A DNA stretch of 64,000 nucleotides from a virus (taxonomy: Duplodnaviria > Caudoviricetes). The DNA lies in IMG/VR virus record IMGVR_UViG_3300044641_005618; one strand, written 5' to 3'. Position 1 is the first letter of the stretch, and every line of letters starts with the position of its first letter. A program made the translations under genes and the position numbers. Below, in pieces: positions 9,848-19,700 of the stretch. Below the pieces are notes generated by a model that saw only the letters and a list, made by a program, of their open reading frames with translations, had not been told where the DNA came from and ran no database searches.

Positions 9848-10132
9848 TTAGGTGAAAGTCAGTCCAAGAGCTTCTTTCTCCTCTTGTGAGAGCTTCTTGA
9901 GAGCTTCCTGGCGAATTTTCTCCTTGCTGGCTTTCGCCTGAACGATGTCGTAGTCAATCACGTTAACCGGTTTAATCTCCCAGCCCCCTCTCCGGCCCAG
10001 TAACCCCATAACTCCAGGTTGCTCATCAATGTACCTTTCAGCGTGAGGCTGGTGAAGGAAAACGAGATTGGGAACCATTGGGCCCCTACCCTCGATATCG
10101 TCTGAACTGCGATACGTTTGCCAGATTTGCAT
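9848..10132 (-). CDS. Hypothetical protein
   Basis: ORF track; promoter at 10163. Confidence 0.65.
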   Translation of the reverse strand: MQIWQTYRSSDDIEGRGPMVPNLVFLHQPHAERYIDEQPGVMGLLGRRGGWEIKPVNVIDYDIVQAKASKEKIRQEALKKLSQEEKEALGLTFT

Positions 10133-10162
10133 TAGTTTGTCCGATGGGGTGTCTATGAAGCA

Positions 10163-10205
10163 ATGATACCGTTTCTGCAGAGCAGAAACAATGGCGGGAA
10201 GCCGC
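10163..10205 (-). promoter_or_regulatory. Composite hairpin-spacer promoter copy
   Basis: plus: atgataccg tttctgc-aga-gcagaaa caatggcgggaagccg. Confidence 0.7.
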
Positions 10206-10207
10206 TC

Positions 10208-10852
10208 TTAGCGGTTTTGTTCCCCGTTGTCCCACCTCGGCTCGGATCTTCTTCTAGGAAAGTTAGTCCCGAGGTCTCCTTTTATCTCTCCGTTGACGAG
10301 TACAACAAGGTGGTCTGTGCCGTAATCGTCCCAGTAGTCGGAGAACTTCGTGTCTACTGACAGAGTAACCTTGTGCTTGTAAAGAACTTGGCCGAGATCC
10401 TTTCTAAACTCGTCCATGTCGAACTTTTCGCCAGGGGTGTACGCAGCGGTCTCAACTATTTCGTCTCGAATGAGATTGTCCCAGTCGACGCAGTTGAAAG
10501 GCAGTTTTGTTGAGGACAGGTCTTCAGGTGTGAAGGAGGTTCGGAGTCTGACTCTCCACCCTTTTGTCCAAGTACGATCATCACGGACTCTTACCAGAGT
10601 GTAGCAGTAGGAGGATGGAACGTTCGGGTCCGTTGCTTTTGGGTGCATCCAGATGTCGGACACAACGTAGAGACCGTCTTTTACTGGACTCTTCCGAAAG
10701 TGAAGGTAAGGAACTTCAGTTCCCCAGGTTCGACCGTCGGGAGAATTTTTAAGTATTTTTCCAGGAACAAACACACTGTCCCCTGGCTTCAGCAAAAGTT
10801 GTCCTGTAACTGATTCAGGGGGAGACTTCATGGGTTGGGGTGCTTTGGTCAC
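10208..10852 (-). CDS. Hypothetical protein
   Basis: ORF track; promoter at 10859. Confidence 0.65.
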   Translation of the reverse strand: MTKAPQPMKSPPESVTGQLLLKPGDSVFVPGKILKNSPDGRTWGTEVPYLHFRKSPVKDGLYVVSDIWMHPKATDPNVPSSYCYTLVRVRDDRTWTKGWRVRLRTSFTPEDLSSTKLPFNCVDWDNLIRDEIVETAAYTPGEKFDMDEFRKDLGQVLYKHKVTLSVDTKFSDYWDDYGTDHLVVLVNGEIKGDLGTNFPRRRSEPRWDNGEQNR

Positions 10853-10858
10853 GAACCA

Positions 10859-10903
10859 ATTATACCGTTTCTGCAGAGCAGAAACAAGGGTGGAAACCGC
10901 CCC
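10859..10903 (-). promoter_or_regulatory. Composite hairpin-spacer promoter copy
   Basis: plus: attataccg tttctgc-aga-gcagaaa caagggtggaaaccgccc. Confidence 0.8.
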
Positions 10904-11183
10904 TCAAGGTAGTCAAGTTAGACGCGGAATGGCCTTGCGAGGCTTCGATGCAACGATGTAGTAGTCGGGAACATGATCCGCAGGGTTTACGGCGTTCACT
11001 GTAGTATACCGCTCGTTGGCCTCCACAAAAGTCGTGAAGAATTCGGACCAGGACTCGCTTCCCATTCTCGCTCAGACTCATACAAGTCAATAACCCAAAC
11101 ATCTTGAGCTGATCTTAAACCTTGCTCTTCGGTGATTCTTGCCATTTTACACTAGTGTGAAGGTGGTGGTGTGGGGCAACGGG

Positions 11184-11390
11184 CTAGTTACAGGTCTTGG
11201 GTCGGGGGACATGCTCTCGACGGGCCAGCTCTTCCTTGATTGCGGCTTTTCGGTGCTCAAACCGCTTAGTTGCGGAACCCTCTTCGTCTTCGTCGTAGGC
11301 GAAGCTGGAAAAGTTTGCTCGAAAGTATGTTAGCAACCTGTGAGTTGGCAATTTGAGAAGGGTTTCGAGTGAGTTGCGATTCGGGTCCAT
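11184..11390 (-). CDS. Hypothetical protein
   Basis: ORF track. Confidence 0.6.
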   Translation of the reverse strand: MDPNRNSLETLLKLPTHRLLTYFRANFSSFAYDEDEEGSATKRFEHRKAAIKEELARREHVPRPKTCN

Positions 11391-11440
11391 ACGAGATTAA
11401 TAGGCTGGGTGACTAAGGCGGGGTCAAGGGTGCGGGGCGA

Positions 11441-11761
11441 CTAGTCGTCCGCCCCAAACTCCTTCCTTAACGTTTCATACCTTTGCCGCCGCACTTCCTT
11501 TGCAATAGCTTCTTTTTTCGCCTTTTGACCAAGAGCCTTCACCCTTTTGTCCCGCTCTTCGTCTGTTTCTAGGCGGTGCTTGTAGAGATTGCACTCAACA
11601 GCACCGTCGTACCCTCTTGATTCGCGTTCCATACCCTCCCAACCCTCTTTCTCGAGCTTGTCAAGGGCTCTCTTAATGTCGCTGAACTTCCCACAGAAAG
11701 TGGTCTCATGGTCGAGATAAGAGGTCTCTTTAATTGTGATGTTCTCAGGGAGGTTTGTCAT
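11441..11761 (-). CDS. Hypothetical protein
   Basis: ATG 11761 follows promoter at 11787. Confidence 0.65.
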   Translation of the reverse strand: MTNLPENITIKETSYLDHETTFCGKFSDIKRALDKLEKEGWEGMERESRGYDGAVECNLYKHRLETDEERDKRVKALGQKAKKEAIAKEVRRQRYETLRKEFGADD

Positions 11762-11786
11762 TGGTTCGAGTATCTCTACTAAAGTA

Positions 11787-11830
11787 ATCATACCGTCTTT
11801 GCCGAGCAAAGACAAGGGTGGAAACCGTCC
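11787..11830 (-). promoter_or_regulatory. Composite promoter copy with compensated hairpin
   Basis: plus: atcataccg tctttgc-cga-gcaaaga caagggtggaaaccgtcc. Confidence 0.8.
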
Positions 11831-11845
11831 TCGGCGCCCATAGTG

Positions 11846-12263
11846 TCAAATCTTAGGGAAAAGCAGACTGTACGTGAGAATACTATCCGTTATCTTGTCC
11901 ACGGTGTGGTCAACGGCGGAAAGGGCATCGAGCTTTGCGGAAAGCTGTTGAATAGCCTCAATGAGTTGCTGAATCTGCTGCGGGTCTAGCGTAGGGGTTG
12001 CCATAGGCTTGCAAGTTTGTCTCTCTGGATTAGTGGGAGATGCCCACTGTTGGTAAGCTGTTTCTAGATCTTTGACTATGTTTGGGTTGGCTACAGGGTA
12101 ATACCCGTGGATAACATAACCTGTGGACTTGAGCCATTCGGGTGGTGTCCTTACCCGCTCTCCTCTCGGAATTACTCTGCGGTAAAAGTTTCCGTCGTCA
12201 AAGAGAAAGTCGTCTCTTAGTGGGTTCGAGTCGTGGCTTCTGTGGTGGGTTAGGAGTTTTCAT
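11846..12263 (-). pseudogene. Gene needing a +1 shift at GAA CCC A
   Basis: MKTPNPPQKPRLEP (stops at 12198-12200) joins a startless 138-codon frame LRDDFLFDDGNFYRR...FPKI*; span 418 = 3n+1. Confidence 0.5.
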
Positions 12264-12365
12264 TCGGTGGCTGTGTACCTTGGAGTCTCGTTGAAGGTTT
12301 CTCTAGCTATGTTGAACAATTTTGTGTGGGTTTAAGGTAACCGCCCTTGGATCGCCTTCTGCACT

Positions 12366-12548
12366 TCAATCGGTCGTTGGCATCAGACAGAGCTCGGACT
12401 TTGGAGGATTGTGTTCCTGAGCCATTGCCATTCCAAGGGACACTGTACCTGGGCTCTCTTTGTAGGAAGATCCGGTTAAACGTTCGGCGGCATCTAAGGG
12501 GTCGAAACTCAGGATCTTGTCGAAGGTTTCGCTAGTTGGGTTGGGCAC
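12366..12548 (-). pseudogene. Truncated or frameshifted hypothetical gene
   Basis: FDPLDAAERLTGSSYKE..QEHN, with protein-like continuation KVRALSDAND in another frame. Confidence 0.35.
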
Positions 12549-12577
12549 TTTCTTATAGTAGGTTACCAGAGCAAAGG

Positions 12578-12940
12578 TCAGACCTTAGGTTGTTTCGACG
12601 CCCAGTCCAAAACTGCGGCTTTCTCCACTGAGGAAAGCTTAGACAAGGCAAGTCCTACAAGTTGCTCTGCTTCTTTCTCACGAAGACGGCCCTCTTCGGT
12701 ACGCTTGAGCCATTCGCCACAGGTTTCGACAGCCCAAGTGCGGGATCTAGCATCGCACGGGTTCCATAAGAGTCCAGGTCGCGTGTTAAACCCCTCTTGT
12801 TCGGGAGACATCTCTGTAATCTCGGTAACAGTCTTTGTCGGGTCGCTGTCCCCGAACTCAAAGCCTCTGGCCTGTTTTGCGTCTTCGGCCAGCACAAAGT
12901 CAAATTCGTACCGCTCAACTTTGAAAAGTTTCTGTGCCAT
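12578..12940 (-). CDS. Hypothetical protein
   Basis: ATG below promoter at 12969. Confidence 0.65.
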   Translation of the reverse strand: MAQKLFKVERYEFDFVLAEDAKQARGFEFGDSDPTKTVTEITEMSPEQEGFNTRPGLLWNPCDARSRTWAVETCGEWLKRTEEGRLREKEAEQLVGLALSKLSSVEKAAVLDWASKQPKV

Positions 12941-12968
12941 TTGAAGAGTCTTTGGGGGTCACAAGTTA

Positions 12969-13031
12969 AGTATACCGCTTTCCTTACGGAAAGGCAAGGG
13001 GGGTAAACCGCCCCAGAGCAAACGGTTAACC
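12969..13031 (-). promoter_or_regulatory. Composite promoter copy with two upstream boxes
   Basis: ctttcc-ttac-ggaaag dyad; GTAAACC 13003 and GTTAACC 13025, 22 bp apart. Confidence 0.8.
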
Positions 13032-13400
13032 ACCCCAACGCGGAGCCCGAAGCTCTTCGAGTCTTTTGCTTCTCGTGGATTGGTGAATTCGGTCCGGCAC
13101 AACAAATAGGGACCATCGTCCCGCCCAGACGATTCGCCCCCAAGTACTGACACAACCCTCTGATGAAGGGTTTGAGTTTACCCACCGAAAGTTCCCCAGC
13201 CCACCATAACTCGAACTAATGTGAATAAACCGGCAGTCAACATGTGGCGGTAAGGCTGACTCACTGTGATCATAATTGCTAGGAAGCTCTAAGACATCAA
13301 AAGAGTTTTTCACTCGGTAGTAAAAGCGAAGCCATGCGGTTCGAAAGTTCATGGTGAAATCAAGAGTAGTACTCGTCAAAATCCCGAAGCAACCCGTCAA
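13026..13400 (-). CDS. Hypothetical protein
   Basis: ORF track; true start probably downstream. Confidence 0.5.
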   Translation of the reverse strand: MTGCFGILTSTTLDFTMNFRTAWLRFYYRVKNSFDVLELPSNYDHSESALPPHVDCRFIHISSSYGGLGNFRWVNSNPSSEGCVSTWGRIVWAGRWSLFVVPDRIHQSTRSKRLEELRAPRWGG

Positions 13401-13617
13401 AAGGTTCTTTGCAGCCGGTGTAAGCGTAAAGCTTATCGTTCATGGCATACCACGAAACATTCAGCAGGTACCAGAAAGTTGCGTGGTGGCCGTCGTGCCA
13501 GAAAAGACCTTCAGTGTCACAATCGAGGGCCCAAGAGGTAGTTTCCTGAGGCACTGAACACCAATTCTTCCAGTAGTTAAATGTTTTTATTGTGATTTGA
13601 AGAGAATTTGGTGTCAT
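13360..13617 (-). CDS. Hypothetical protein
   Basis: ORF track. Confidence 0.6.
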   Translation of the reverse strand: MTPNSLQITIKTFNYWKNWCSVPQETTSWALDCDTEGLFWHDGHHATFWYLLNVSWYAMNDKLYAYTGCKEPFDGLLRDFDEYYS

Positions 13618-13728
13618 TCTGCTTTAGGTCTCCCGCTTGCGTCGTAAGGGCTAGACTTATTTGACCGCACTACTGGCGGTGTCGGTAAAACTGGTTTTCG
13701 TGGAGTGTACGGTGATTGATTTCCGTTG

Positions 13729-14208
13729 TTACTGGTCATTTGGGGTCTCGTGTTTACTGGTTCTTGAGGTTGAGCAGACGATTGTAACGTTTATCACGCC
13801 ATTGCCGATATCTTGCGGAGAGTTGTTTGAATCGTCGCAAAAAACTTTCCAGTTTAGTACTGGCACAGACGGTAGTGGGATGTACTTTACAATCACGTCT
13901 CGTAGAGAGTCCTTGAGGGTTTCCACGTTAGACGCGTCTAAGCATTTACCATTAAATGGCTCAAAAGCGTCTTTTAGATCGTTGCGAACTCCCTCCAAAC
14001 ACTTGCTTGCGTAAATTTCACGTGCGGACCCCTCAGCCTCTTTGAGGCTACCCCAAGGACCCGAGTGTTCTTCCTCGTTCAACCAGCACCACTCACAGTG
14101 GTCGTACTCGTATATTTCTACGTGATTGCATCCCTCCTCCTCTCCAGGTAGGGGTGGAAAGTCAATAAAGTAGCTACCACCAGATTTATACAGAGGGAAA
14201 GGTGTCAT
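13729..14208 (-). CDS. Hypothetical protein
   Basis: ORF track; promoter at 14236; possible tail-sheath-like C-terminal signature (DDSNNSPQDIGNGVINVTI). Confidence 0.6.
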   Translation of the reverse strand: MTPFPLYKSGGSYFIDFPPLPGEEEGCNHVEIYEYDHCEWCWLNEEEHSGPWGSLKEAEGSAREIYASKCLEGVRNDLKDAFEPFNGKCLDASNVETLKDSLRDVIVKYIPLPSVPVLNWKVFCDDSNNSPQDIGNGVINVTIVCSTSRTSKHETPNDQ

Positions 14209-14235
14209 TTTTGTATGGGTCTTGGCTACTTGGTT

Positions 14236-14298
14236 ATTTTACCGCTTTTTCGGGGCAGAAACAAGCCGGGAAACCCCCCCGAAGCAAGCGGTTAACCG
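14236..14298 (-). promoter_or_regulatory. Composite promoter copy with two upstream boxes
   Basis: plus: attttaccgctttttcggggcagaaacaagccgggaaacc..gcggttaaccg. Confidence 0.7.
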
Positions 14299-14308
14299 AA
14301 TGTGCGGA

Positions 14309-14497
14309 CTAGTAGCCATCTGAGTCTAAAAATAAGTAAGTCCACCCACCGGCAATTACTGACACCGCTAGAATTTCAGGGGGCCAGCCCTGTCTCAAGG
14401 CACCATAAGCTGATCCGCACGCCACGGCAAAGTAAAGGGTGAGTTCAGCCAGCAACTTTACTCCCTTCATCGCCGATTTGACTTTTTTATTTGGCAC
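14309..14497 (-). CDS. Small membrane protein
   Basis: Two hydrophobic segments. Confidence 0.55.
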   Translation of the reverse strand: MPNKKVKSAMKGVKLLAELTLYFAVACGSAYGALRQGWPPEILAVSVIAGGWTYLFLDSDGY

Positions 14498-14500
14498 GGG

Positions 14501-14779
14501 CTAACCCTCTAAAACTATGACTCTCTTCGTTACCATGGGAATTTTAAGGTCAACAAGTTTACCGTTAACTTCGTCTCGATACTCACATATATTGTATACG
14601 AGGGAATAGTGATCGATGTTACTCTGCCACTTTGTAGTGTAGTTACAATGATTCACTTCCATGTTGTCAATGGTGAACTCGTTCTCAAAGCAATAGCCGT
14701 GTTTTCTGCGAGTAACCAGAATAACCTCTGTGTCATCAGGGTACTGGCTTAAAAGTTCTTGTAGGCGTTTATTTAACAT
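14501..14779 (-). CDS. Hypothetical protein
   Basis: MLNKRLQELLSQYPDDTEV; ATG 14779 preferred. Confidence 0.6.
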   Translation of the reverse strand: MLNKRLQELLSQYPDDTEVILVTRRKHGYCFENEFTIDNMEVNHCNYTTKWQSNIDHYSLVYNICEYRDEVNGKLVDLKIPMVTKRVIVLEG

Positions 14780-14786
14780 GGTGAGC

Positions 14787-15164
14787 TCAGTCGTAAAGGT
14801 CCCAAAGATTACTATAGGTGATATCTTGTGTTGTAGAATCCAGTCTAACCTGCCCTTCCCCAATAAGGTCTACAATTCTCTGTAATTCTCCAAGTATTTT
14901 GTGCCCATGGGCGGAGTCGTCCAGTGAGGTTTGCAGTGTCTCGCTATTTGTCTGGTTTGGTAACCTGTAGTTCCCTTTCAGTGCATCTGTAGCCGTCTTT
15001 AGGCACCTTTTGCAAGGAACTTGGCAACTCTCGCCCATTTGAGCGCACGCAGCCTGGTCTAAACTCTGAAATACCCAGTCAGAGCTATAAAGGGCTCTCC
15101 CGCACCAGGATGTCCCCTTTAGGTCCTCATGGGTGTGCCGTATACACTGCCCAGAGTCAGACAT
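14787..15164 (-). CDS. Hypothetical protein (Cys/His-rich)
   Basis: SWCG..CKRC; ATG 15164 preferred. Confidence 0.6.
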   Translation of the reverse strand: MSDSGQCIRHTHEDLKGTSWCGRALYSSDWVFQSLDQAACAQMGESCQVPCKRCLKTATDALKGNYRLPNQTNSETLQTSLDDSAHGHKILGELQRIVDLIGEGQVRLDSTTQDITYSNLWDLYD

Positions 15165-15747
15165 AGACGTACTCACGCCACTCTTCAACTTCCGCCGTGC
15201 TGATTGTAACGGACATTTTGCTGTAAGGTGCCTTCGGCTTTGAGGCGAGAGTGGTACCACGTCGAGTAACTCGGGTTTCCATCATCCCAATCTGAAAGCT
15301 ATCCCAGCTGAAAGGCAGCGAAGAAACGTTCGTGGTTTCCTTCGCAAACACCTTCTTCAGGGCAACCGCCCACTCTTCCGGAGTGCGATTGTCCTTGCAG
15401 TTGTTGCACTCAAGGCAGCTGGTAACCAGGTTCTGCCACGTGTCTTGACCACCTCTTGACTTTGGTAAAACGTGATCCAGTGTTAGTTTCGGACCGGAGT
15501 ACTCGCAATACTGGCAGGTGTGATTGTCCCGTTTTAGAATCAAGGTGCGAGATGGCTTCGCCGCTGCCATCTTGGCTTGGGGAACCTTAACGTACGTCTT
15601 TAGGCGAATGGTGCGGCTGGACACGACATGGGCCTTGTCCTTCAATACAAGCACTCTAGCCCTTCGCCACGAGGTCTGGTTCAAGGGTTCGTACGTGGCA
15701 TTTAAAACCAGAATGGTTTTCTTGTATGCGATTGTCTTGTAGTCCAT
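15157..15747 (-). CDS. HNH endonuclease (McrA-like)
   Basis: ILVLNATYEPL..RDNHTCQYC..LTLDHVLPKSRGG..WQNLVTSCLECN. Confidence 0.9.
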   Translation of the reverse strand: MDYKTIAYKKTILVLNATYEPLNQTSWRRARVLVLKDKAHVVSSRTIRLKTYVKVPQAKMAAAKPSRTLILKRDNHTCQYCEYSGPKLTLDHVLPKSRGGQDTWQNLVTSCLECNNCKDNRTPEEWAVALKKVFAKETTNVSSLPFSWDSFQIGMMETRVTRRGTTLASKPKAPYSKMSVTISTAEVEEWREYVYV

Positions 15748-15804
15748 GACCTTTGTGATTTAGGTGTTTCCCCATCGCACGAGGGAACGTTAGTTCTTTC
15801 AGAA

Positions 15805-15840
15805 TTATACCCCGGAACAGGGGGTGTAAACCCCCCTTGT
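15805..15840 (-). promoter_or_regulatory. Degenerate promoter copy
   Basis: plus: attatacccc..ggggtgtaaacccc; hairpin absent. Confidence 0.4.
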
Positions 15841-15847
15841 ACCAAGC

Positions 15848-17362
15848 CTAGGCCGCAGGGTAGAGAAGTCGAGTACGAATGTTAGGCAGTGAGTTTACGT
15901 CCTCCCCGTAGACCACGCTATTTAAGAACACGGTGCGAAGCTCACCTTGCTGCTCTTGCTCACGAGTCTGCTGTTGATGAAGGACAAAGTTCTCCCCATC
16001 CCTTTCAACTCGCAGTAGACCCAACGCCGACTTTTTCGTGCCGCTGTCTGTAATAGGGTCCTTCATAGTTTCAACGGCGACACCGTTAATTTGCCCCCAG
16101 GTCGTTTTGTATGCGATACCGAAAGTGTCCCGTGTATGGTATTGATAGGTGTAAGAACCGATACCAAACACAATGTTTTCGGACGCCCACCCAAGCTGCC
16201 TCATGTGCTCTAGGATGGCCCTGGCACGTGGAAGAGTGATCGAGTCGCCGTAAATTAAGCCAACTCGAGGGTTCAGTACCTTGAAACCCTTCTCGTTTAC
16301 CGTTCCTCCGAAGACCTCCCATAAAAGCTCAAGCGAGCCTTTGTACTCTCGGCTACCTGGATCAGCGTCAGCGTCACCGCAGATGATTTTCTCAGGGTCA
16401 CCACTGTCGGGACGGAAGACGACCTTGGCCAGCCCTAGCCCGTTTGGCTTACGGCTCAGAATATCTTCTTTCAGTTTGGGAGCAGTAACTGTGAGAGTGT
16501 CCCAGTAATTCCACGTGTCACTGACTACACTAATAACCCCCGAGGGGTAAACTTTCGAGATAATCCGGCGAATTGTCTCGACTTCGTTTTCCCGGCCTCC
16601 GAGGCAAGTTACACTGTGTTCTGTGGCGGGAACACTCCCCCCAATAAACTCGGAACCGCATTCGTAGTAATCTTCCAAGTAGTCAATGGAAAGGATTGTG
16701 TCCGTGCCCTTGAAGGAAAAAAGGTGGCCGATTTGGTGCGCAGCGGCATCGTGAATGCCTCCGACTCCGCGAGCGGAGAAGTCGTGCCCCTGAAAGTCAA
16801 CAAACTGCGGGTCACTCCCTGTGACTTCAGCGTAGTGGTCGAGAAGACGGCGAAACTCGTAAGCGATGGTTGCCACATTGATGGCCTTCCAAAGTTCCGA
16901 CGACTTGGCTGTTTCGACATAGTTGGTTAGCCACGGGGCCAGCCACTTAAACTCATTGTGAGTGTTTTGCGCCGTCAGAAACGGCACTCCAATGTTAACC
17001 CGGCTACCCTCAGGCAGAGCCTTTACGTGTAGCGGCATGTAGCCCAGGTCGTGAAGCTCAGCAATGTGGTCCGTGCCGACAACACCTTCTCCGAGCGAGG
17101 AGTCCATTCGCCGTTCGTACTTGTCTAACACTTTGGCCTTGGGTTGCTGGAAGAAGGTCTCATTCCAAAGGTCCCTAAGCATCCACTTCATTGTCCCTTG
17201 GACGTTCGCCACGACGATCTTGTGATCGAAGTCAGCGGGCATGTTCGCCAACCTGTCGGATCTTGCCGTCATATTGGCGTAGATTACCTCGGTGCCGTCT
17301 GGGTTTTGCGAAGGGTGTCCTGTCTTGTAAAAGTCGGTTGCGTGGGGCGCAAAAATTTTCAT
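15848..17362 (-). CDS. Nicotinamide phosphoribosyltransferase-like protein (Namat of a NARP1-type pair)
   Basis: TDFYKTGH, HDFSARG, SVPATEHS, SVVSDT, RPDSGDP, GLIYGDSIT. Confidence 0.9.
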   Translation of the reverse strand: MKIFAPHATDFYKTGHPSQNPDGTEVIYANMTARSDRLANMPADFDHKIVVANVQGTMKWMLRDLWNETFFQQPKAKVLDKYERRMDSSLGEGVVGTDHIAELHDLGYMPLHVKALPEGSRVNIGVPFLTAQNTHNEFKWLAPWLTNYVETAKSSELWKAINVATIAYEFRRLLDHYAEVTGSDPQFVDFQGHDFSARGVGGIHDAAAHQIGHLFSFKGTDTILSIDYLEDYYECGSEFIGGSVPATEHSVTCLGGRENEVETIRRIISKVYPSGVISVVSDTWNYWDTLTVTAPKLKEDILSRKPNGLGLAKVVFRPDSGDPEKIICGDADADPGSREYKGSLELLWEVFGGTVNEKGFKVLNPRVGLIYGDSITLPRARAILEHMRQLGWASENIVFGIGSYTYQYHTRDTFGIAYKTTWGQINGVAVETMKDPITDSGTKKSALGLLRVERDGENFVLHQQQTREQEQQGELRTVFLNSVVYGEDVNSLPNIRTRLLYPAA

Positions 17363-18300
17363 GGTTGGTTGCGGGGGGTGGGGTAGTTTTCGGTGCGAAG
17401 GTAGGTCAAGCTCGAGGGTAACTCTTGGTAAAAGTTTTTATAAGGGAGCAAGTTAGCAACGTGAAAGTTGTCGATTAAGCCCCCAAACACTTTAAAACCC
17501 TTGGAGAAAATTCCGTGAGTTACATAGAGGTCAATTCGAGACGGATCGAACTGACGCAGAACCTTGGCGAGTTCGATAAAGGTGCGACCACCGTCGCAGA
17601 TGTCGTCCACAATCAGAAGGTTTTTGCCCTTGTAACTGACGTCTTCTGGAACTTCCGTCCTTAGGATTTGCCCGTCTTCGGGGTTGCGAACTTTCGTAGC
17701 GTACACTACAGAGTGGAGTCCCAGTGCTTGTTGAACGAGGGTTGCTCTTTCGACTGCACCTTTGTCCGGAGCAATCACAATTGTCTTAGCACTAAACTCT
17801 TCCCCCCGGTCTTTGAACTTCTGGAGAAACAGTTGGGGTTGTAGGTTGTTGAACTCGCAGCCGATTTCGGTTCGAAAGAGCTCATTTGCAACGTGGCTGT
17901 GCACGTCCCATGTGTACACCCTATCGCCTACCCCGTCAAGGTAGGGTGCGAGAGCTTTTACAAAAGTTCTTAGCGAAAACGCTTCCCCTTCAGCACACTG
18001 GCGGTCTTGGCGGCTATAAGGTAAGTACGGGATGTTCAATTGTAGACTTCGCAGCACAGGAAGGTCTTTGATGGCCGACAGAGTCAGAAGAAGTTCGGCG
18101 AAACTTTCTCCGCTGTGTATGTCTGCGTCTACGATAATGTCCGTCGAACTCGTGGGAGTGTCATGCAACCGGACCTGCCTTTCACCGGCACTAAACGTAA
18201 AGGAGGTCTTTGAAATCTTGTACAGGTTTTGACCGTCACGATTCAAGTAAACCTCGATCGGCTCTGTTTTCTGATACTCTTTAGTTTTGGTCACGTGCAT
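17359..18300 (-). CDS. Ribose-phosphate pyrophosphokinase-like protein (Adps of a NARP1-type pair)
   Basis: FSAGERQV, PYLPYSRQDR, APDKGA, LIVDDICDGGRTF; 4-bp overlap with Nampt gene. Confidence 0.9.
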   Translation of the reverse strand: MHVTKTKEYQKTEPIEVYLNRDGQNLYKISKTSFTFSAGERQVRLHDTPTSSTDIIVDADIHSGESFAELLLTLSAIKDLPVLRSLQLNIPYLPYSRQDRQCAEGEAFSLRTFVKALAPYLDGVGDRVYTWDVHSHVANELFRTEIGCEFNNLQPQLFLQKFKDRGEEFSAKTIVIAPDKGAVERATLVQQALGLHSVVYATKVRNPEDGQILRTEVPEDVSYKGKNLLIVDDICDGGRTFIELAKVLRQFDPSRIDLYVTHGIFSKGFKVFGGLIDNFHVANLLPYKNFYQELPSSLTYLRTENYPTPRNQP

Positions 18301-18383
18301 TGTTGTTTTACGGTGTGAGCTTACTATAGCTTGTTTGGGTGCGAGGGTAAAGGACGGTTTCCCGCCGCGTACGGGGGGTGAAA

Positions 18384-18704
18384 CTAGACCGTATACCCAC
18401 TTCCGCTGCACTCGTACGGTAAGTCCTGCAGTACTCGATAGAAAAGCTCACGATATGCCTCGAAGGCGATCCTATTCATCCACAACACGCCGGATACCTG
18501 TATCCCGAGAGACTCTGCAAATTCTTTCGCAGTTGAACGAAGGTAGCAGTCTCCAATCGCCCCGTCTCTCTCAAACTGCTCGTAGTCTTCGATTAGTTGT
18601 TGGAGGTTTTGCTTGGTCAGTGCGTTAATTCTGTCTCTAAGGGGTGTCATTGGGTTTGCTCCGGCAAGGTAGTTTCTGAAAGCTTTCAGCGGGGTGTTTT
18701 CCAT
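18384..18704 (-). CDS. Hypothetical protein
   Basis: ATG below promoter at 18711. Confidence 0.65.
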   Translation of the reverse strand: MENTPLKAFRNYLAGANPMTPLRDRINALTKQNLQQLIEDYEQFERDGAIGDCYLRSTAKEFAESLGIQVSGVLWMNRIAFEAYRELFYRVLQDLPYECSGSGYTV

Positions 18705-18710
18705 AAACTA

Positions 18711-18773
18711 AGTATACCGTTTCTTCTCCGTAGAAACAAGCCGGGAAACCGCCCTTGGCGGTACGGTTAACCG
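18711..18773 (-). promoter_or_regulatory. Composite promoter copy with two upstream boxes
   Basis: GGAAACC 18744 and GTTAACC 18766; likely drives the NAD operon. Confidence 0.8.
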
Positions 18774-18942
18774 GCTCCTTGACCAACGGTATGTTTAATT
18801 AAAGGGAAGCTACTGGAGGTTCCTTTGCTGCCCCCTCAAAACTCATCTATTTGTTTGTGCGCCCTAGTGCTTCACTTATCAGAAACAGCCTAAGTAATTT
18901 AAAGTAAAGAGGGGGGGTTCACCCCCGTTCTTCTAACGGTAA

Positions 18943-19578
18943 TCAGAACTTAAACCCGAGCCCAACAGTGCCGACAGGGGCGTAAGCCGTTCCGGAAATA
19001 CCATTCGTCTGGGTTGGGAATTTCACATCAGCGAACCCGACGAGGGAAGGTGAGAAAGAACGCTCAACACCAGCAACGAAGAGGAACTGGGATCCTTGTC
19101 CGACACTTGTCTGGTAGTTGGCTTGTCCGTCGTTCGTCAACGCCCATTGACCACCTATACCAACGTAAAGGTTCGTGTCACTCACGTATGTTCCGGCTTC
19201 ACCGACTGGACCCGTTGGCCCTGTTGCCCCTGTTGCCCCTGTCACCCCAACCGCCTCTTCAATCGGAGCAATGCGACCGGAAAGAGAAAAGTCAACGGTG
19301 CCAAGGACACCAGCGGCAGAGCCAATTTGGCTGTCGGGGCCAGCCGCAAAGTTAAAGAAAGGGCGAACAGAGGTGGATACATTGGATGGCTCGCTCAGAC
19401 GGAACCGAGACTGAACCGAAACTCCAGCGACGGTGCGGTTCGAAGTGTACTCGGTACCGTCAACTCCTTGGCGGTTAAGATTCACTCCAACTCCGACGTA
19501 GTTTCCAACCTCGGACGCCACTACCGGAGTTGACAGGAAGGAAGCAACTGCTAACGCGGCAATAAGTTTAAAAGTCAT
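18943..19578 (-). CDS. Outer-membrane beta-barrel protein with Gly-X-Y insert
   Basis: Signal peptide, alternating beta strands, C-terminal GLGFKF; GVTGATGATGPTGPVGEAG insert. Confidence 0.7.
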   Translation of the reverse strand: MTFKLIAALAVASFLSTPVVASEVGNYVGVGVNLNRQGVDGTEYTSNRTVAGVSVQSRFRLSEPSNVSTSVRPFFNFAAGPDSQIGSAAGVLGTVDFSLSGRIAPIEEAVGVTGATGATGPTGPVGEAGTYVSDTNLYVGIGGQWALTNDGQANYQTSVGQGSQFLFVAGVERSFSPSLVGFADVKFPTQTNGISGTAYAPVGTVGLGFKF

Positions 19579-19700
19579 GTTTGTTTTTGTGTGTGTTTTC
19601 TGTACAGAACCGGGTTACATATCCCGGAAAGTAGTTGTAAGGGTGCGAACCTTTGCAAAACTTTGCTAACCCTCTTAGAGTTACAACTACGGTGGTTGCG

